From: Vulcanimicrobiota bacterium
Lineage (GTDB): Bacteria > Vulcanimicrobiota > Vulcanimicrobiia > Eremiobacterales > Eremiobacteraceae
DNA length: 64,000 bases
Reading direction: 5' to 3'
Assembly (NCBI GenBank): GCA_963812135.1
Contig: CAWETU010000001.1
Location: 672,001-736,000 of the forward strand
Position 1 is the first letter of the stretch. Each line of letters starts with the position of its first letter. A program made the position numbers and the translations under genes. Shown one piece after another: positions 10,225-19,574 of the stretch. Under the pieces are notes generated by a model, which saw nothing but the letters and a program-made list of their open reading frames with translations, did not search any database and was not told the origin of the DNA.

Positions 10225-10467
10225 ATGTCCCCGGTTTTCGCCATCATCGACGCGCCCATCATCGCGGTCATCATCGGCGCCGCCATCATCCTCTTCGGCG
10301 CGGAGCGGCTCCCCAAACTCGCTCGTTCCATGGGTCAAGCCAAGAAAGAATTCGACGCCGCCGTCTCCGCCAAAAACCCGCCGCCCGAGCCGACCACGCC
10401 GCCGGCCGCACCGCCGAGCGCGCCGCTTCCGCCGTCTGATCCGTCTGCCGCTCCGCCCACGCAATAA
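10225..10467 (+). CDS. tatA: Twin-arginine translocase TatA/E
   Basis: TM helix then ILFGAERLPKLARSMGQAKKEF; AAGGAG RBS; directly upstream of tatC. Confidence 0.92.
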   Translation: MSPVFAIIDAPIIAVIIGAAIILFGAERLPKLARSMGQAKKEFDAAVSAKNPPPEPTTPPAAPPSAPLPPSDPSAAPPTQ

Positions 10468-10480
10468 TGGAATAAAGTCG

Positions 10481-10506
10481 ACGATCGAATAAATTCGACC
10501 GCTACA
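10481..10506 (-). repeat. GTAG-type REP element
   Basis: Reverse complement TGTAGCGGTCGAATTTATTCGATCGT, between tatA and tatC. Confidence 0.75.
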
Positions 10507-10519
10507 TCAATAAGGATAC

Positions 10520-11305
10520 ATGCCGACGGAGACGGTTGAAGAGACGCCGGTGACGCCGCCCGCGCGGCGCAGTGAAGACGCAGAGATGACGTTCACGGAG
10601 CACCTCGCGGAGCTCCGTACGCGTTTGATCATCTCGCTCGCGACCGTCGCGATCGTCTCGCTCGTCGCGTTCCCGCTCATGCCGAAGCTGCTGTTGCTGC
10701 TCGAGCGCTTCTTCATCCCCGGCATCACGCTGCACGTGTTCTCGCCCGCCGAGATCATCCGCGTCTACATCAAGCTCTCGATCCTGGTCGGTCTGGTCGT
10801 CGGCTTTCCGATCGTGCTCTACGAGGTGTACGCGTTCGTCGCCCCCGCCCTGGACAAGCGCCTGCGTTCCCGCGTCATCTGGTACGCGGTGCCGTCGCTG
10901 CTCATGTCGGCGGCCGGCATCGCGTTCTGCGGATTGGTCGTGCTGCCGCTCGTGCTGCGCGCGCTCCTCCTCATGACGCAGAGCTCTGGACTCGTGGGCA
11001 CGTACCAGCTCGATCCGACCATCGGCTTCATCATCATCCTGCTCGGCATCTTCGCGGTGATGTTCCAGCTGCCGATCGTCCTCTCGCTGCTCGCGAGCGT
11101 GGGCATCGTGAACTCGAAGCTGCTGTCGGATAAGTGGCGCCACGCTATGATCGTCATCCTCATCTTGGCAGGCATCGGCGCGCCGGACGGCAACCCGCTT
11201 ACCATGATGCTGCTCGCCGCACCGCTCGCCGGACTGTACGCCGTGAGCATTCTCGTGGTGCGTCTCACCGAACCGAAGCCGATGGTTGAGAGCAGTCCAG
11301 CATGA
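10520..11305 (+). CDS. tatC: Twin-arginine translocase TatC
   Basis: MTFTEHLAELRTRL, FVAPAL, FQLP, KWRHA, multi-TM. Confidence 0.93.
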   Translation: MPTETVEETPVTPPARRSEDAEMTFTEHLAELRTRLIISLATVAIVSLVAFPLMPKLLLLLERFFIPGITLHVFSPAEIIRVYIKLSILVGLVVGFPIVLYEVYAFVAPALDKRLRSRVIWYAVPSLLMSAAGIAFCGLVVLPLVLRALLLMTQSSGLVGTYQLDPTIGFIIILLGIFAVMFQLPIVLSLLASVGIVNSKLLSDKWRHAMIVILILAGIGAPDGNPLTMMLLAAPLAGLYAVSILVVRLTEPKPMVESSPA

Positions 11306-12693
11306 GGCAAGAACGCGGCCTTTACGATCAGACGCTCGACGTGCTCTCCAACGTGATGTTCCCGGTCGTGGTCTTCTGCATCTGGGCCGTGCTGACGATC
11401 GTCGGCACGAGCGTCGATCAGAACCAGCCGCCCGATCGCTACTACATGGAGTATCCCACGCCCATGGCCAACGCGATCCTGCGGCTGCACCTCACCAACG
11501 TCTTCCATTCCTGGCCGTACATCTCGCTCGTGCTGCTGCTGCTCGTCTCGATGTCGGTGTGCACCTTCCGGCGCGTGATCCCAAAGCGTTTTCCCAAAGA
11601 CCGCGCGGTGCCGATCGAGAATTTCGGACTGCACGCCACGCGAGAATCGACGCTCGATTTCGACGCCACCTCGCACGCGGTCGACGACTACGTTCGGCAA
11701 CGCGGCTTTGCGGTGCGCCCGCAGACCATCGCCGGCGACCATTGGGTGTTCGCCGACAAGCAGAAGTGGGCGCGCTACGGCGTGCTCGTGGCGCACGTCG
11801 GTTTCGCGGTCATCGCCGCGGGCGTGTTCATCGGATGGTTGTCCGGTTACAAGGGCGAGCTGCAGATCTACTCCGGGCAGAGCGCGGTCGTGCCGCGCGC
11901 CGACATGCAAGTGACGTTGACGCGCTTCATCGGGCGTTTCGAACCGGTCCACACCCCGAACGGCGTTTTCTATCAGGCCTCGCGCTTCCAATCTGACGTG
12001 CAGGTCGCCGGTCGCGACGGCCAGTCGGACGCGAACATCCTGGTCAACCACCCGTTCGTGACGTCGAACGGCGTCTATCTCTATCAGGCGTCGTACGGTT
12101 TCGGCGGCAACTTCGAGATACGGCGCAACGGACGACCCGTCGACCTTCCCAACGCGAACGGCCGGCTCGGTCCGCAAGACGTCATCTTGTTGCCCGGCAC
12201 GAGCCGCGCGGTCGAATACGGCACGATGCTCGGTCCGTCCGATCCCTCGCAAGCGCCCCTCGGCGTGCCGCTGCCTCGCGTGGACACGTACGCGTTGTGG
12301 GCGTTTCACGATCAGATCCCGACGACGCAAAAACCCATCTTGCTGCCGGTCGGCGCGAGCTTCGACGCCGGCGACGGCTACACGATCAAAGCGCTGCCGC
12401 CGATCGCTTGGTCGGGCCTCACGTATCGGTACGACCCGGGCGAAACGTGGGTCGGGGCCGGCGCGCTGATCCTGACGGCCGGATTCGTGATGGCGTTGTT
12501 CTTCATGCCCATCAAGCTCTACGCGCGCGTCCGGCACGGCGCCACGGGGCCTGTGGTCGACGTCGCAGCGACCACGACCAAGGGCAACGCGATGTATGAG
12601 GATGACTTCACGACGCTGGTGAACGGCTTGTCGGACCGCCTCGCGCGGCCGCGCAGCGGGCCGGTGACGGAAACGGTGAACGCGTATGCCTAA
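11302..12693 (+). CDS. resB: Cytochrome c biogenesis protein ResB/CcsB (System II)
   Basis: GTSVDQ, NVFHSW, SVCTFRR, VAHVG, VNHPF...LYQASYG, YDPG. Confidence 0.9.
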   Translation: MRQERGLYDQTLDVLSNVMFPVVVFCIWAVLTIVGTSVDQNQPPDRYYMEYPTPMANAILRLHLTNVFHSWPYISLVLLLLVSMSVCTFRRVIPKRFPKDRAVPIENFGLHATRESTLDFDATSHAVDDYVRQRGFAVRPQTIAGDHWVFADKQKWARYGVLVAHVGFAVIAAGVFIGWLSGYKGELQIYSGQSAVVPRADMQVTLTRFIGRFEPVHTPNGVFYQASRFQSDVQVAGRDGQSDANILVNHPFVTSNGVYLYQASYGFGGNFEIRRNGRPVDLPNANGRLGPQDVILLPGTSRAVEYGTMLGPSDPSQAPLGVPLPRVDTYALWAFHDQIPTTQKPILLPVGASFDAGDGYTIKALPPIAWSGLTYRYDPGETWVGAGALILTAGFVMALFFMPIKLYARVRHGATGPVVDVAATTTKGNAMYEDDFTTLVNGLSDRLARPRSGPVTETVNAYA

Positions 12694-13642
12694 TCCATAT
12701 TCGCAGTACAACACGAATGCAGCCGGCTTGATGGACGCGCACGTCGCTGCGTACATGTCATGGTATGAAGCCGCCGTCGTGCTCTATTTCCTCGCGATCA
12801 TCGTCTTCGCCGCATATTGGTTCTTCAAGAACTGGTCCACGCTGGGCGCAGGCATCGTGTTCGCATCGCTCGGCATCATCGCCCAAACCATCAGCTTGGG
12901 GCTGCGCTGGTACTACAGCGGCCACGTGCCGTGGAACGACTTATACGGTTCGCTCTCCGTCGTGGCGCTGTTCACCGCGGTACTGTTTTTGATCTTTGGC
13001 GCGCGCTATCGCATCTGGTTCGCGGCGCCGTTGGCATTCCTCATCTCCGATGCGATGCTCGCATACGGCAAAGGATGGAACAAAGGGCTCGAGCCGCTCG
13101 TGCCGTCGCTGCAGAGCAGTTGGATCTACATCCACGTGCCGGTCGTGCTCGCGTCGTATGCAGCGTTCCTCATCGGTTGCGTGTTGAGCATCATGTATCT
13201 CTTCAAGAAGGCGGATGAGGACCGGCTCTTGCGGGCCGCAGGCCAATCGGTCGGCGCGGCCGTATCCTCGCAAGCCGCCGATCTTGGCATCGTCCGTCCC
13301 TGGTGGATGGGCTGGCTCGACGTCGTGCCTCCTTCCAGCAAGATCGACGTGGCGGCGTATCGCGTGAACTCGATCGGCGAGATCTTGCTCACGGCGGGCA
13401 TCATCTTAGGCGCGCTGTGGGCGCACGTCTCGTGGGGCAGCTACTGGCAATGGGATCCTAAAGAGACGGCCGCGCTGACGAACTGGATCGTGTACGCCGC
13501 GTACGTCCACTTGCACACCAGGCCGTCGATGCGTGGGAAGGTCACCGCATGGTTGTCGATCATCGGGTTCGCATCAGTGCTTTTCAGCTACTTCATCGTC
13601 AACATCGTCATCAGCAACGGCAGCCTTCACACGTACAAATAA
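12686..13642 (+). CDS. ccsA: Cytochrome c biogenesis protein CcsA/ResC
   Basis: GHVPW, LVPSLQSSWIYIHV, WWD domain GALWAHVSWGSYWQWDPKET, terminal LHTY. Confidence 0.94.
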   Translation: MPNPYSQYNTNAAGLMDAHVAAYMSWYEAAVVLYFLAIIVFAAYWFFKNWSTLGAGIVFASLGIIAQTISLGLRWYYSGHVPWNDLYGSLSVVALFTAVLFLIFGARYRIWFAAPLAFLISDAMLAYGKGWNKGLEPLVPSLQSSWIYIHVPVVLASYAAFLIGCVLSIMYLFKKADEDRLLRAAGQSVGAAVSSQAADLGIVRPWWMGWLDVVPPSSKIDVAAYRVNSIGEILLTAGIILGALWAHVSWGSYWQWDPKETAALTNWIVYAAYVHLHTRPSMRGKVTAWLSIIGFASVLFSYFIVNIVISNGSLHTYK

Positions 13643-13646
13643 GCGC

Positions 13647-13883
13647 ATGACGCCGAGAAGAGCACTTGCGATCATCGCACAAGCGACCGGCGCCCTCGCG
13701 CTCGGGGCGACCGCAATCGGCGCGCTGGCGATCGGCGCGTTGGCGATCGGTCGGCTCGCGGTGAGTCGCGCCCGCGTCGAGGAAGCGGAATTCACGACCG
13801 TGACGATCGACGAGCTGGTCGTCCGGCGGCTGCGCGTCGAGGATATCTCCGTGAGCGGATCGGTCACGCTGCCCGACCGCTAA
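13647..13883 (+). CDS. Small hypothetical protein with GA(L/T)A(I/L) glycine-zipper repeats
   Basis: GALAL-GATAI-GALAI-GALAI-GRLAV followed by a beta-rich IDELVVRRLRV tail; starts 4 nt after the ccsA stop. Confidence 0.65.
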   Translation: MTPRRALAIIAQATGALALGATAIGALAIGALAIGRLAVSRARVEEAEFTTVTIDELVVRRLRVEDISVSGSVTLPDR

Positions 13884-13886
13884 CGC

Positions 13887-15581
13887 CTACTTGTTTGTGA
13901 TGAGCCACATGTCGGGGCGGCGCACGAGGATGCGTGCGTGGATGCCCCGACGCGTCAGATCGCCGTACTCGTAGGGGACGATCAACGCGTAGACGCGCGC
14001 ATCGCCTTTGAGCAGCTCGTCGGCGTTCGCCTTATCGGTTTCAGTGCGCAGGAAATAGATCGGACCAGCGTCGGTGTAGAACAGCAGCGAGAACCCGCCG
14101 TGCACGCCGGTGATCGCGATCTTGTCGCCGGGCCGCCACAACCCTTGGATGTACGCAGCCATGCCTTTCATCGGCTTGCGCGCTTCCAACCCCGGGAGAA
14201 TGCCGAGCACCAGCACCGCGACCACGCCCGCCATCATCAACGTCAGGCCGAGCGGCGCGATCCACGCGCGCCGCAGCGCGATCGTCAATGCCACCGTCGC
14301 GATCGCGGACGGCACCACCACCCAGCCCAGCAAGCGCAGCGGCCCGAGCAGTTGCGCGATCTCACCGAGGCGTTGCGTCTGCACGTAGATTATGATGGCG
14401 ACCGCCAGCAGCACGAGAGCCAGGGGCAGCATGATCAGCGCGCCGCGCAGCTGGCGCAAATCGTTGCGCTCGATCGCGCGCCCCACGAGCCCGCCCACGA
14501 GGATTGCGAGCGCGGGAAAGATGATCGCGATGTAGTTCGGCAGTTTGGTCTGCGCGAGCGAGAAGAACGCGAACGGCGCGGCGGCCGCGCACAGCAAGAA
14601 CACATCGTCGATGCGGCGCGACAACCACGCCTCTTTGATGGCCTTGGGCAAGAACGCGACATATGGGAAGAACCCTAACAACAGCAGCGGGATGTAGTAG
14701 TAGATCGGACCGGGCTGGTTTTCGAACGGCGTCATGTAGCGGCCGAAGGTGGAGCGCGCCACGTATTCATCGATGAACGGCGCGCCATGCAGGACGACCT
14801 GAAGCGCGAACCACCAGCCGGCGACGATGACGAACACGCCGACGCCGCCGAGCCATGGCAACCGCGCGATGTAGCGATCGAATGTATTCGACCGGCCCGG
14901 CTGATCTGATTGGCCAGACGCGCTCGCGCGGTTGCGCCACCATTCGACGCCATACCACACCGCGAGCGACAGCACGGGAAGGACGACCGCGACCGGTCCC
15001 TTCGTCAACGTGCCGAGCGCCGCCGCGACGGTCGCGATCCAAAACGCGCGCCGGTCGCCGTCGCGCAGCGCGAAGTATCCCCACAAGGTCGCGACCGTCA
15101 TGAAGAAGATCAGCATCGTGTCGAGGATCGCGAGCCGCGCCAGCACGATGTATTCGAGGCTCGTGCCGAGCGCCAGTCCGCTCACGATACCGGCGGTCTC
15201 GCCGTACAGGCGCCGGCCTGCGAGGTAGGTCGCGATGGCGCCCAACACGCCGAACAGCGCGCTCGGCAGACGGACCGCGAACTCGTTAAGCCCGAACACG
15301 GTCGCGGCTGCGCCGGCGGTCCAGAACCAGAGCGGGGGGTGTATGTACCATGGCGCGTAGTCGTAGTGCAGCGACATCCAGTCATGCAGGCGGAACATCT
15401 CTTTGACGACCTCGCCGTAGGTGGGCTCGCTGTTATCCCACAGGCTGCCGTTGCCAAGGCCGATGAGATAAAGCGCTGCCACGAGCGCCAACGCGCCGGC
15501 TCGAACGGCTATGACGGCCGATCCCGCGCCGCGCGGTTGCGAAGTCATCATCTGTCGCCGGAGTGTGCGGCGCGCGCTCAT
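13887..15581 (-). CDS. ArnT/PMT-like glycosyltransferase (GT-C fold)
   Basis: LWDNSEPTYGEVVKEM, HPPLWFW, NEFAVRLPSA, LTKGP, TKLPNYI; GGAG RBS before ATG 15581. The ORF-track N-terminal extension is antisense to hemC. Confidence 0.88.
   Translation of the reverse strand: MSARRTLRRQMMTSQPRGAGSAVIAVRAGALALVAALYLIGLGNGSLWDNSEPTYGEVVKEMFRLHDWMSLHYDYAPWYIHPPLWFWTAGAAATVFGLNEFAVRLPSALFGVLGAIATYLAGRRLYGETAGIVSGLALGTSLEYIVLARLAILDTMLIFFMTVATLWGYFALRDGDRRAFWIATVAAALGTLTKGPVAVVLPVLSLAVWYGVEWWRNRASASGQSDQPGRSNTFDRYIARLPWLGGVGVFVIVAGWWFALQVVLHGAPFIDEYVARSTFGRYMTPFENQPGPIYYYIPLLLLGFFPYVAFLPKAIKEAWLSRRIDDVFLLCAAAAPFAFFSLAQTKLPNYIAIIFPALAILVGGLVGRAIERNDLRQLRGALIMLPLALVLLAVAIIIYVQTQRLGEIAQLLGPLRLLGWVVVPSAIATVALTIALRRAWIAPLGLTLMMAGVVAVLVLGILPGLEARKPMKGMAAYIQGLWRPGDKIAITGVHGGFSLLFYTDAGPIYFLRTETDKANADELLKGDARVYALIVPYEYGDLTRRGIHARILVRRPDMWLITNK
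14870..14895 (+). repeat. GTAG-type REP element inside the ArnT-like CDS
   Basis: TGTAGCGATCGAATGTATTCGACCGG. Confidence 0.75.
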
Positions 15582-15653
15582 CCTTTCTCCTTTCGAGAGT
15601 GTGCCGACAATCCAAAGGAGGCCTATTTTGACGCCTTGAAAGCGCAGCAGCTC

Positions 15654-16604
15654 ATGCCTACTGTCACAACGGTGCGCGTCGCCACACGTCCAAGCACGCT
15701 CGCCCGCAAACAGGCGCAGATCGTGATGGACATGCTGGATCGGCAAACCGACGGTGGGCTCAACTTTGAGGTCGTGCCGGTCACTACGCGCGGCGACGAC
15801 GATCAAGAACAATCGATTGCCGCCATTGGCGACGGCGTGTTCGTCAAAGAGCTGCAATCCGCGTTGCTCGCAGGGCGGGCCGATATCGCCGTCCATTCGA
15901 TGAAGGATCTGCCGACCGAGCTGCCCGCCGGGGTGCGCGCGGGCGTCGTGCCGATGCGCGAAGACGCGCGCGACGTGCTGTTGTCGCGCGATGGCCAGCA
16001 CAAGTCGATCTTCAGCCTGCCGAACAAAGCCATCGTGGGCACAAGCTCGCTGCGGCGCACCGCCCAAGTGCATATGATCAAACCGCTCGTCGAAGTGAAA
16101 GATCTGCGCGGCAACATCGACACGCGCATGAAAAAACTGCTCGCCGGCGAGTACGATGCGATCGTCTTGGCGCTGGCGGGCGTGCAGCGTATCGGATTGC
16201 CGGACGGCGTCGGCGCCGCACCCATTCCGATCGACGAGATGGTGCCGGCCGTCGGCCAAGGCGCGTTGTTCGTCCAGTATCGCGAGCAGGACAGCGCGAT
16301 GCAAGAGCTTGTCACACCGCTGAACGAACCGCTCAGCGCGTTGGCCGTCGCGATCGAGCGCGCCTTCCTGCAGCGCATCGGCGGCGGATGCGCGGCGCCC
16401 GTCGGCGCGAACGCCATCGTGATGGGGGACCGCTGGCTGTTCCACGCGTTCGTCGGCAGCGTCGACGGCAAACACGCCATGCGCCGCGATGCCGAGGGAA
16501 TCGCACGCGATGAAGCCGATGCGACCGGCGCCGTCGAAGACATCGCCGACGAGATGCTCGAATCAGGCGGACGCTGGGTCATCTCGCAGTACAAGAAGGA
16601 GTGA
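15654..16604 (+). CDS. hemC: Hydroxymethylbilane synthase (porphobilinogen deaminase)
   Basis: ATRPSTLARKQ, TRGD, GVFVKEL, AVHSMKDLP, GTSSLRR, RGNIDTR, GGCAAP. Confidence 0.96.
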   Translation: MPTVTTVRVATRPSTLARKQAQIVMDMLDRQTDGGLNFEVVPVTTRGDDDQEQSIAAIGDGVFVKELQSALLAGRADIAVHSMKDLPTELPAGVRAGVVPMREDARDVLLSRDGQHKSIFSLPNKAIVGTSSLRRTAQVHMIKPLVEVKDLRGNIDTRMKKLLAGEYDAIVLALAGVQRIGLPDGVGAAPIPIDEMVPAVGQGALFVQYREQDSAMQELVTPLNEPLSALAVAIERAFLQRIGGGCAAPVGANAIVMGDRWLFHAFVGSVDGKHAMRRDAEGIARDEADATGAVEDIADEMLESGGRWVISQYKKE

Positions 16605-17644
16605 GGTCCACGATGCGCCGCATTGCGCCGTCTGAAGGTATCAAGCCGGTCGTTCCGTTGCCGGTCGAACGGCCGCGCCGGCTGCGGCGCAGCGCGACCC
16701 TGCGAGGCCTGGTCGCCGAACACGCGCTGCGCGTCGAAGATCTCATCGAGCCGATGTTCGCGGTGCCGGGCACGGGCGTGCGCAACGAGATCGCATCCAT
16801 GCCCGGCGTCCATCACCAATCGGTCGATCGACTCGTCGAAGACGCCAAAGCCGCGCACGCGCTCGGGATCCCGGCGGTGCTGCTGTTCGGCATTCCCGAA
16901 CATAAAGATGACGCGGCGTCGGCGCTGCCGGATCCGAATGGACCGGTACAGCGCGCGATCGCTGCGCTCAAGCGAGCCGTGCCCGACTTGCTCGTGATCG
17001 CTGATCTCTGCGCGTGCGAATACACCGATCACGGGCACTGCGGACTGCTCGATAGCGCGGGCGACGTCGACAACGATCGCACGCTGGCGTTGCTGGCGGA
17101 CGGAGCGATCTCATATGCGCGCGCTGGCGTCGACATCATCGCGCCATCGGATATGATGGACGGGCGCGTGCGCGCCATTCGCCATGCCCTCGACACGCAC
17201 GGCTTTAGCGCGACCGCGATCCTGTCGTACGCCGTCAAGTATGCGTCGGCGTTCTATGGGCCGTTCAGAGAGGCGGCGTGTTCGACGCCCTCGTTCGGAG
17301 ACCGGCGCACGCATCAGATGGATCCGCCGAACGCGCGCGAAGCGGTGAAGGAAGCGCTGCTCGATGTCGCCGAGGGCGCGGACGCGGTCATGGTCAAGCC
17401 TGCGCTCGCCTATCTCGATGTCGTACTGCGCGTGCGCCAGGCGGTCAACGTGCCGGTCGCGGCGTACAACACGAGCGGCGAATACTCGATGATCAAGCTC
17501 GCGGCGGCGAAGGGCTGGCTCGACGAGCCGCGCGCGGTCGACGAAGTGTTGGTCTCGTGCAAGCGCGCAGGGGCCGATTTCATCGTCACGTATTTCGCGC
17601 GTGACGCCGCGACGCGCTTGGCGGGCCGGCGCGGCCGGTCATAG
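16601..17644 (+). CDS. hemB: Porphobilinogen synthase (ALA dehydratase), Zn-binding Cys motif
   Basis: RPRRLR, DLCACEYTDHGHCG, APSDMMDGR, KYASAFYGPFR, MVKPAL, SGEYSM. Confidence 0.97.
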   Translation: MRSTMRRIAPSEGIKPVVPLPVERPRRLRRSATLRGLVAEHALRVEDLIEPMFAVPGTGVRNEIASMPGVHHQSVDRLVEDAKAAHALGIPAVLLFGIPEHKDDAASALPDPNGPVQRAIAALKRAVPDLLVIADLCACEYTDHGHCGLLDSAGDVDNDRTLALLADGAISYARAGVDIIAPSDMMDGRVRAIRHALDTHGFSATAILSYAVKYASAFYGPFREAACSTPSFGDRRTHQMDPPNAREAVKEALLDVAEGADAVMVKPALAYLDVVLRVRQAVNVPVAAYNTSGEYSMIKLAAAKGWLDEPRAVDEVLVSCKRAGADFIVTYFARDAATRLAGRRGRS

Positions 17645-17646
17645 AT

Positions 17647-18291
17647 TTGCGGGCGGGCGATCGCATCAGCGTCGTCTTGATGGCCGGAGGTCCGGCCACG
17701 CGCCTGCCCGGTAAGCTCGCGCTCGACGTCCGAGGCGAACCGATGCTCGTGCATGCGTTTCGGCGGCTCACCGCGCTCGGCTGGCCGTGCGTGGTCTCCG
17801 TGCGCGCGCCGCTCGCGCCGCAGACCGAGTCGGCGCTGACGGGCGCGATCGTCGTCTTCGATGAGATATCGGACGGCGGTCCGCTCGGCGGCATCTTGAG
17901 CGCAGCGCGGTCGGTGCAGACCGAGCTGTTCTTCGCCGCGGCCGGCGATCTGCCGAATCTTTCGGCGGTCTTCGCGCTGCGCTTGCTCGAAGCGTATGAT
18001 GCGGCGCCGCGCCCACCGGCCGCGGTGATGCCGACGTGGCTCGACGGACACGTCGAACCGTTAGCCGCGCTGTACGAGCGCGACGCATTCGTGCGCGGCG
18101 CGCAAGCCGCGCTGGCGCAGGGCAAACGCAAAGTCACGGCGGCGCTCGAGGGACTCGACGTGCTCGCGTATCGGCTTACTCCAGAAGATGAATCCGCGTT
18201 GCTCAACGTCAACACACCGGAAGATTACGAAGCGCTCGGTCGTATGAATTCCGGTCGAATAAATTCGACCGCTACAGACGAGGCGTTATGA
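17647..18291 (+). CDS. MobA-like NTP transferase (molybdenum cofactor guanylyltransferase family)
   Basis: VLMAGGPATRL, GPLGGI, AGDLP, EPLAALY, NVNTPEDY. Confidence 0.8.
   Translation: MRAGDRISVVLMAGGPATRLPGKLALDVRGEPMLVHAFRRLTALGWPCVVSVRAPLAPQTESALTGAIVVFDEISDGGPLGGILSAARSVQTELFFAAAGDLPNLSAVFALRLLEAYDAAPRPPAAVMPTWLDGHVEPLAALYERDAFVRGAQAALAQGKRKVTAALEGLDVLAYRLTPEDESALLNVNTPEDYEALGRMNSGRINSTATDEAL
18251..18276 (-). repeat. GTAG-type REP element in the 3' end of the mobA-like CDS
   Basis: Reverse complement TGTAGCGGTCGAATTTATTCGACCGG. Confidence 0.8.
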
Positions 18292-19574
18292 ACCTCAAGC
18301 GTTCGCAGGCGCTCTACGAAGCGGCGTCGCGGGTCATCCCTGGCGGCGTCAACTCACCGGTGCGCGCGTTCCGCGCGGTCGGCGGCACACCGCTGTTCGT
18401 TGCGCGCGGCGAAGGCTCGCGCATCTTCGATGCGGATGGCCACGAGTTCATCGACTACGTCGGCTCGTGGGGGCCGCTCATCTTCGGTCACGCGTTCCCG
18501 CCGGTCATCGCCGCGATCGAGCGTGCCGCGCGTATGGGCACATCGTTCGGCGCCTCGACCGCTTCGGAGGTCGAACTCGCGGAGCTGATCGTCGAGGCCG
18601 TGCCGTCCATCGAGCAGGTCCGTTTCGTCAACTCCGGCACCGAAGCGTGCATGAGCGCGCTGCGGCTCGCGCGCGCGTTCACGCGGCGCGACAAGATCAT
18701 CAAGTGCGCGGGGAACTACCACGGCCACGCCGACTCGCTGCTCGTCTCGGCCGGATCCGGCGCGCTCACCCTTGGCGTGCCCGACTCGCCCGGCGTGCCG
18801 GCGGCGACGGCCGCGGACACGATCGTCGTTCCGTACAACCACCCGACCGCGCTCGAAAAAGCATTCGATCAACATGAGGACATCGCGGCGCTGATCGTCG
18901 AGCCGGTGGCGGGCAACATGGGCGTCGTCGCGCCGCTTCCCGGATTTCTCGGCGCAGCGCGAGATCTGACGGCGCGCAATGGTGCGCTGCTCATCTTCGA
19001 TGAGGTCATGACCGGCTTCCGCGTCGGTTACGGCGGCGCACAGGCGCGCTTTGACATCCAGCCAGATCTCACGTGCCTCGGCAAAGTGATCGGCGGCGGC
19101 TTGCCGGTCGGCGCCTTCGGCGGCCGAGCGGAGATCATGCAGCATCTCGCGCCCGCCGGCGACGTGTATCAAGCCGGAACGCTCTCCGGCAATCCCCTCG
19201 CCATGTCGGCCGGCATCGCGCAGCTGCGCGCGCTCAAAGGCAGCGACGTGTACGACCGGCTTGAGAGCAGCGGCGCCGCGTTGGAAGCCGGGCTGTCGCG
19301 CACGCTGGCGGACACCGGCGCGGCGGCGCGCATCGCGCGCGTCGGCTCGATGTGGACGTTGTTCTTCACGCGCGATCCGGTCGTCGATCTGGACAGCGCG
19401 AAGCTCGCCGATACCGCGGCGTACGCGCGTTTCTTCCACGCGATGCTCGAGCGCGGAATCTACTTGCCGCCGTCGCAGTTCGAGGCCGCGTTCATCAGTC
19501 TCGCGCACAGCAAGGCCGACATCGAACAGACCATTACTGCGGCGCGTGAATCGCTCGATGCCGCCGCGGCCTAA
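18288..19574 (+). CDS. hemL: Glutamate-1-semialdehyde 2,1-aminomutase
   Basis: PGGVNSPVRAF, NSGTEA, FDEVMTGFR, GKVIGGGLP, YQAGTLSGNP, PSQFE. Confidence 0.97.
   Translation: MNLKRSQALYEAASRVIPGGVNSPVRAFRAVGGTPLFVARGEGSRIFDADGHEFIDYVGSWGPLIFGHAFPPVIAAIERAARMGTSFGASTASEVELAELIVEAVPSIEQVRFVNSGTEACMSALRLARAFTRRDKIIKCAGNYHGHADSLLVSAGSGALTLGVPDSPGVPAATAADTIVVPYNHPTALEKAFDQHEDIAALIVEPVAGNMGVVAPLPGFLGAARDLTARNGALLIFDEVMTGFRVGYGGAQARFDIQPDLTCLGKVIGGGLPVGAFGGRAEIMQHLAPAGDVYQAGTLSGNPLAMSAGIAQLRALKGSDVYDRLESSGAALEAGLSRTLADTGAAARIARVGSMWTLFFTRDPVVDLDSAKLADTAAYARFFHAMLERGIYLPPSQFEAAFISLAHSKADIEQTITAARESLDAAAA

Noticed and set aside
10819..12756. 645-aa minus-strand ORF (similarly 30366..31901, 54677..56386, 20942..22657, 47..820)
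   Set aside because: Antisense shadows of well-supported genes, expected in high-GC DNA; Arg-rich with no motifs.
15582..16475. Apparent long N-terminal extension/fusion of the ArnT-like ORF (and 27533..28228 for UbiD)
   Set aside because: The extensions overlap hemC and the STAS gene on the opposite strand. Family homology starts at the downstream starts chosen.
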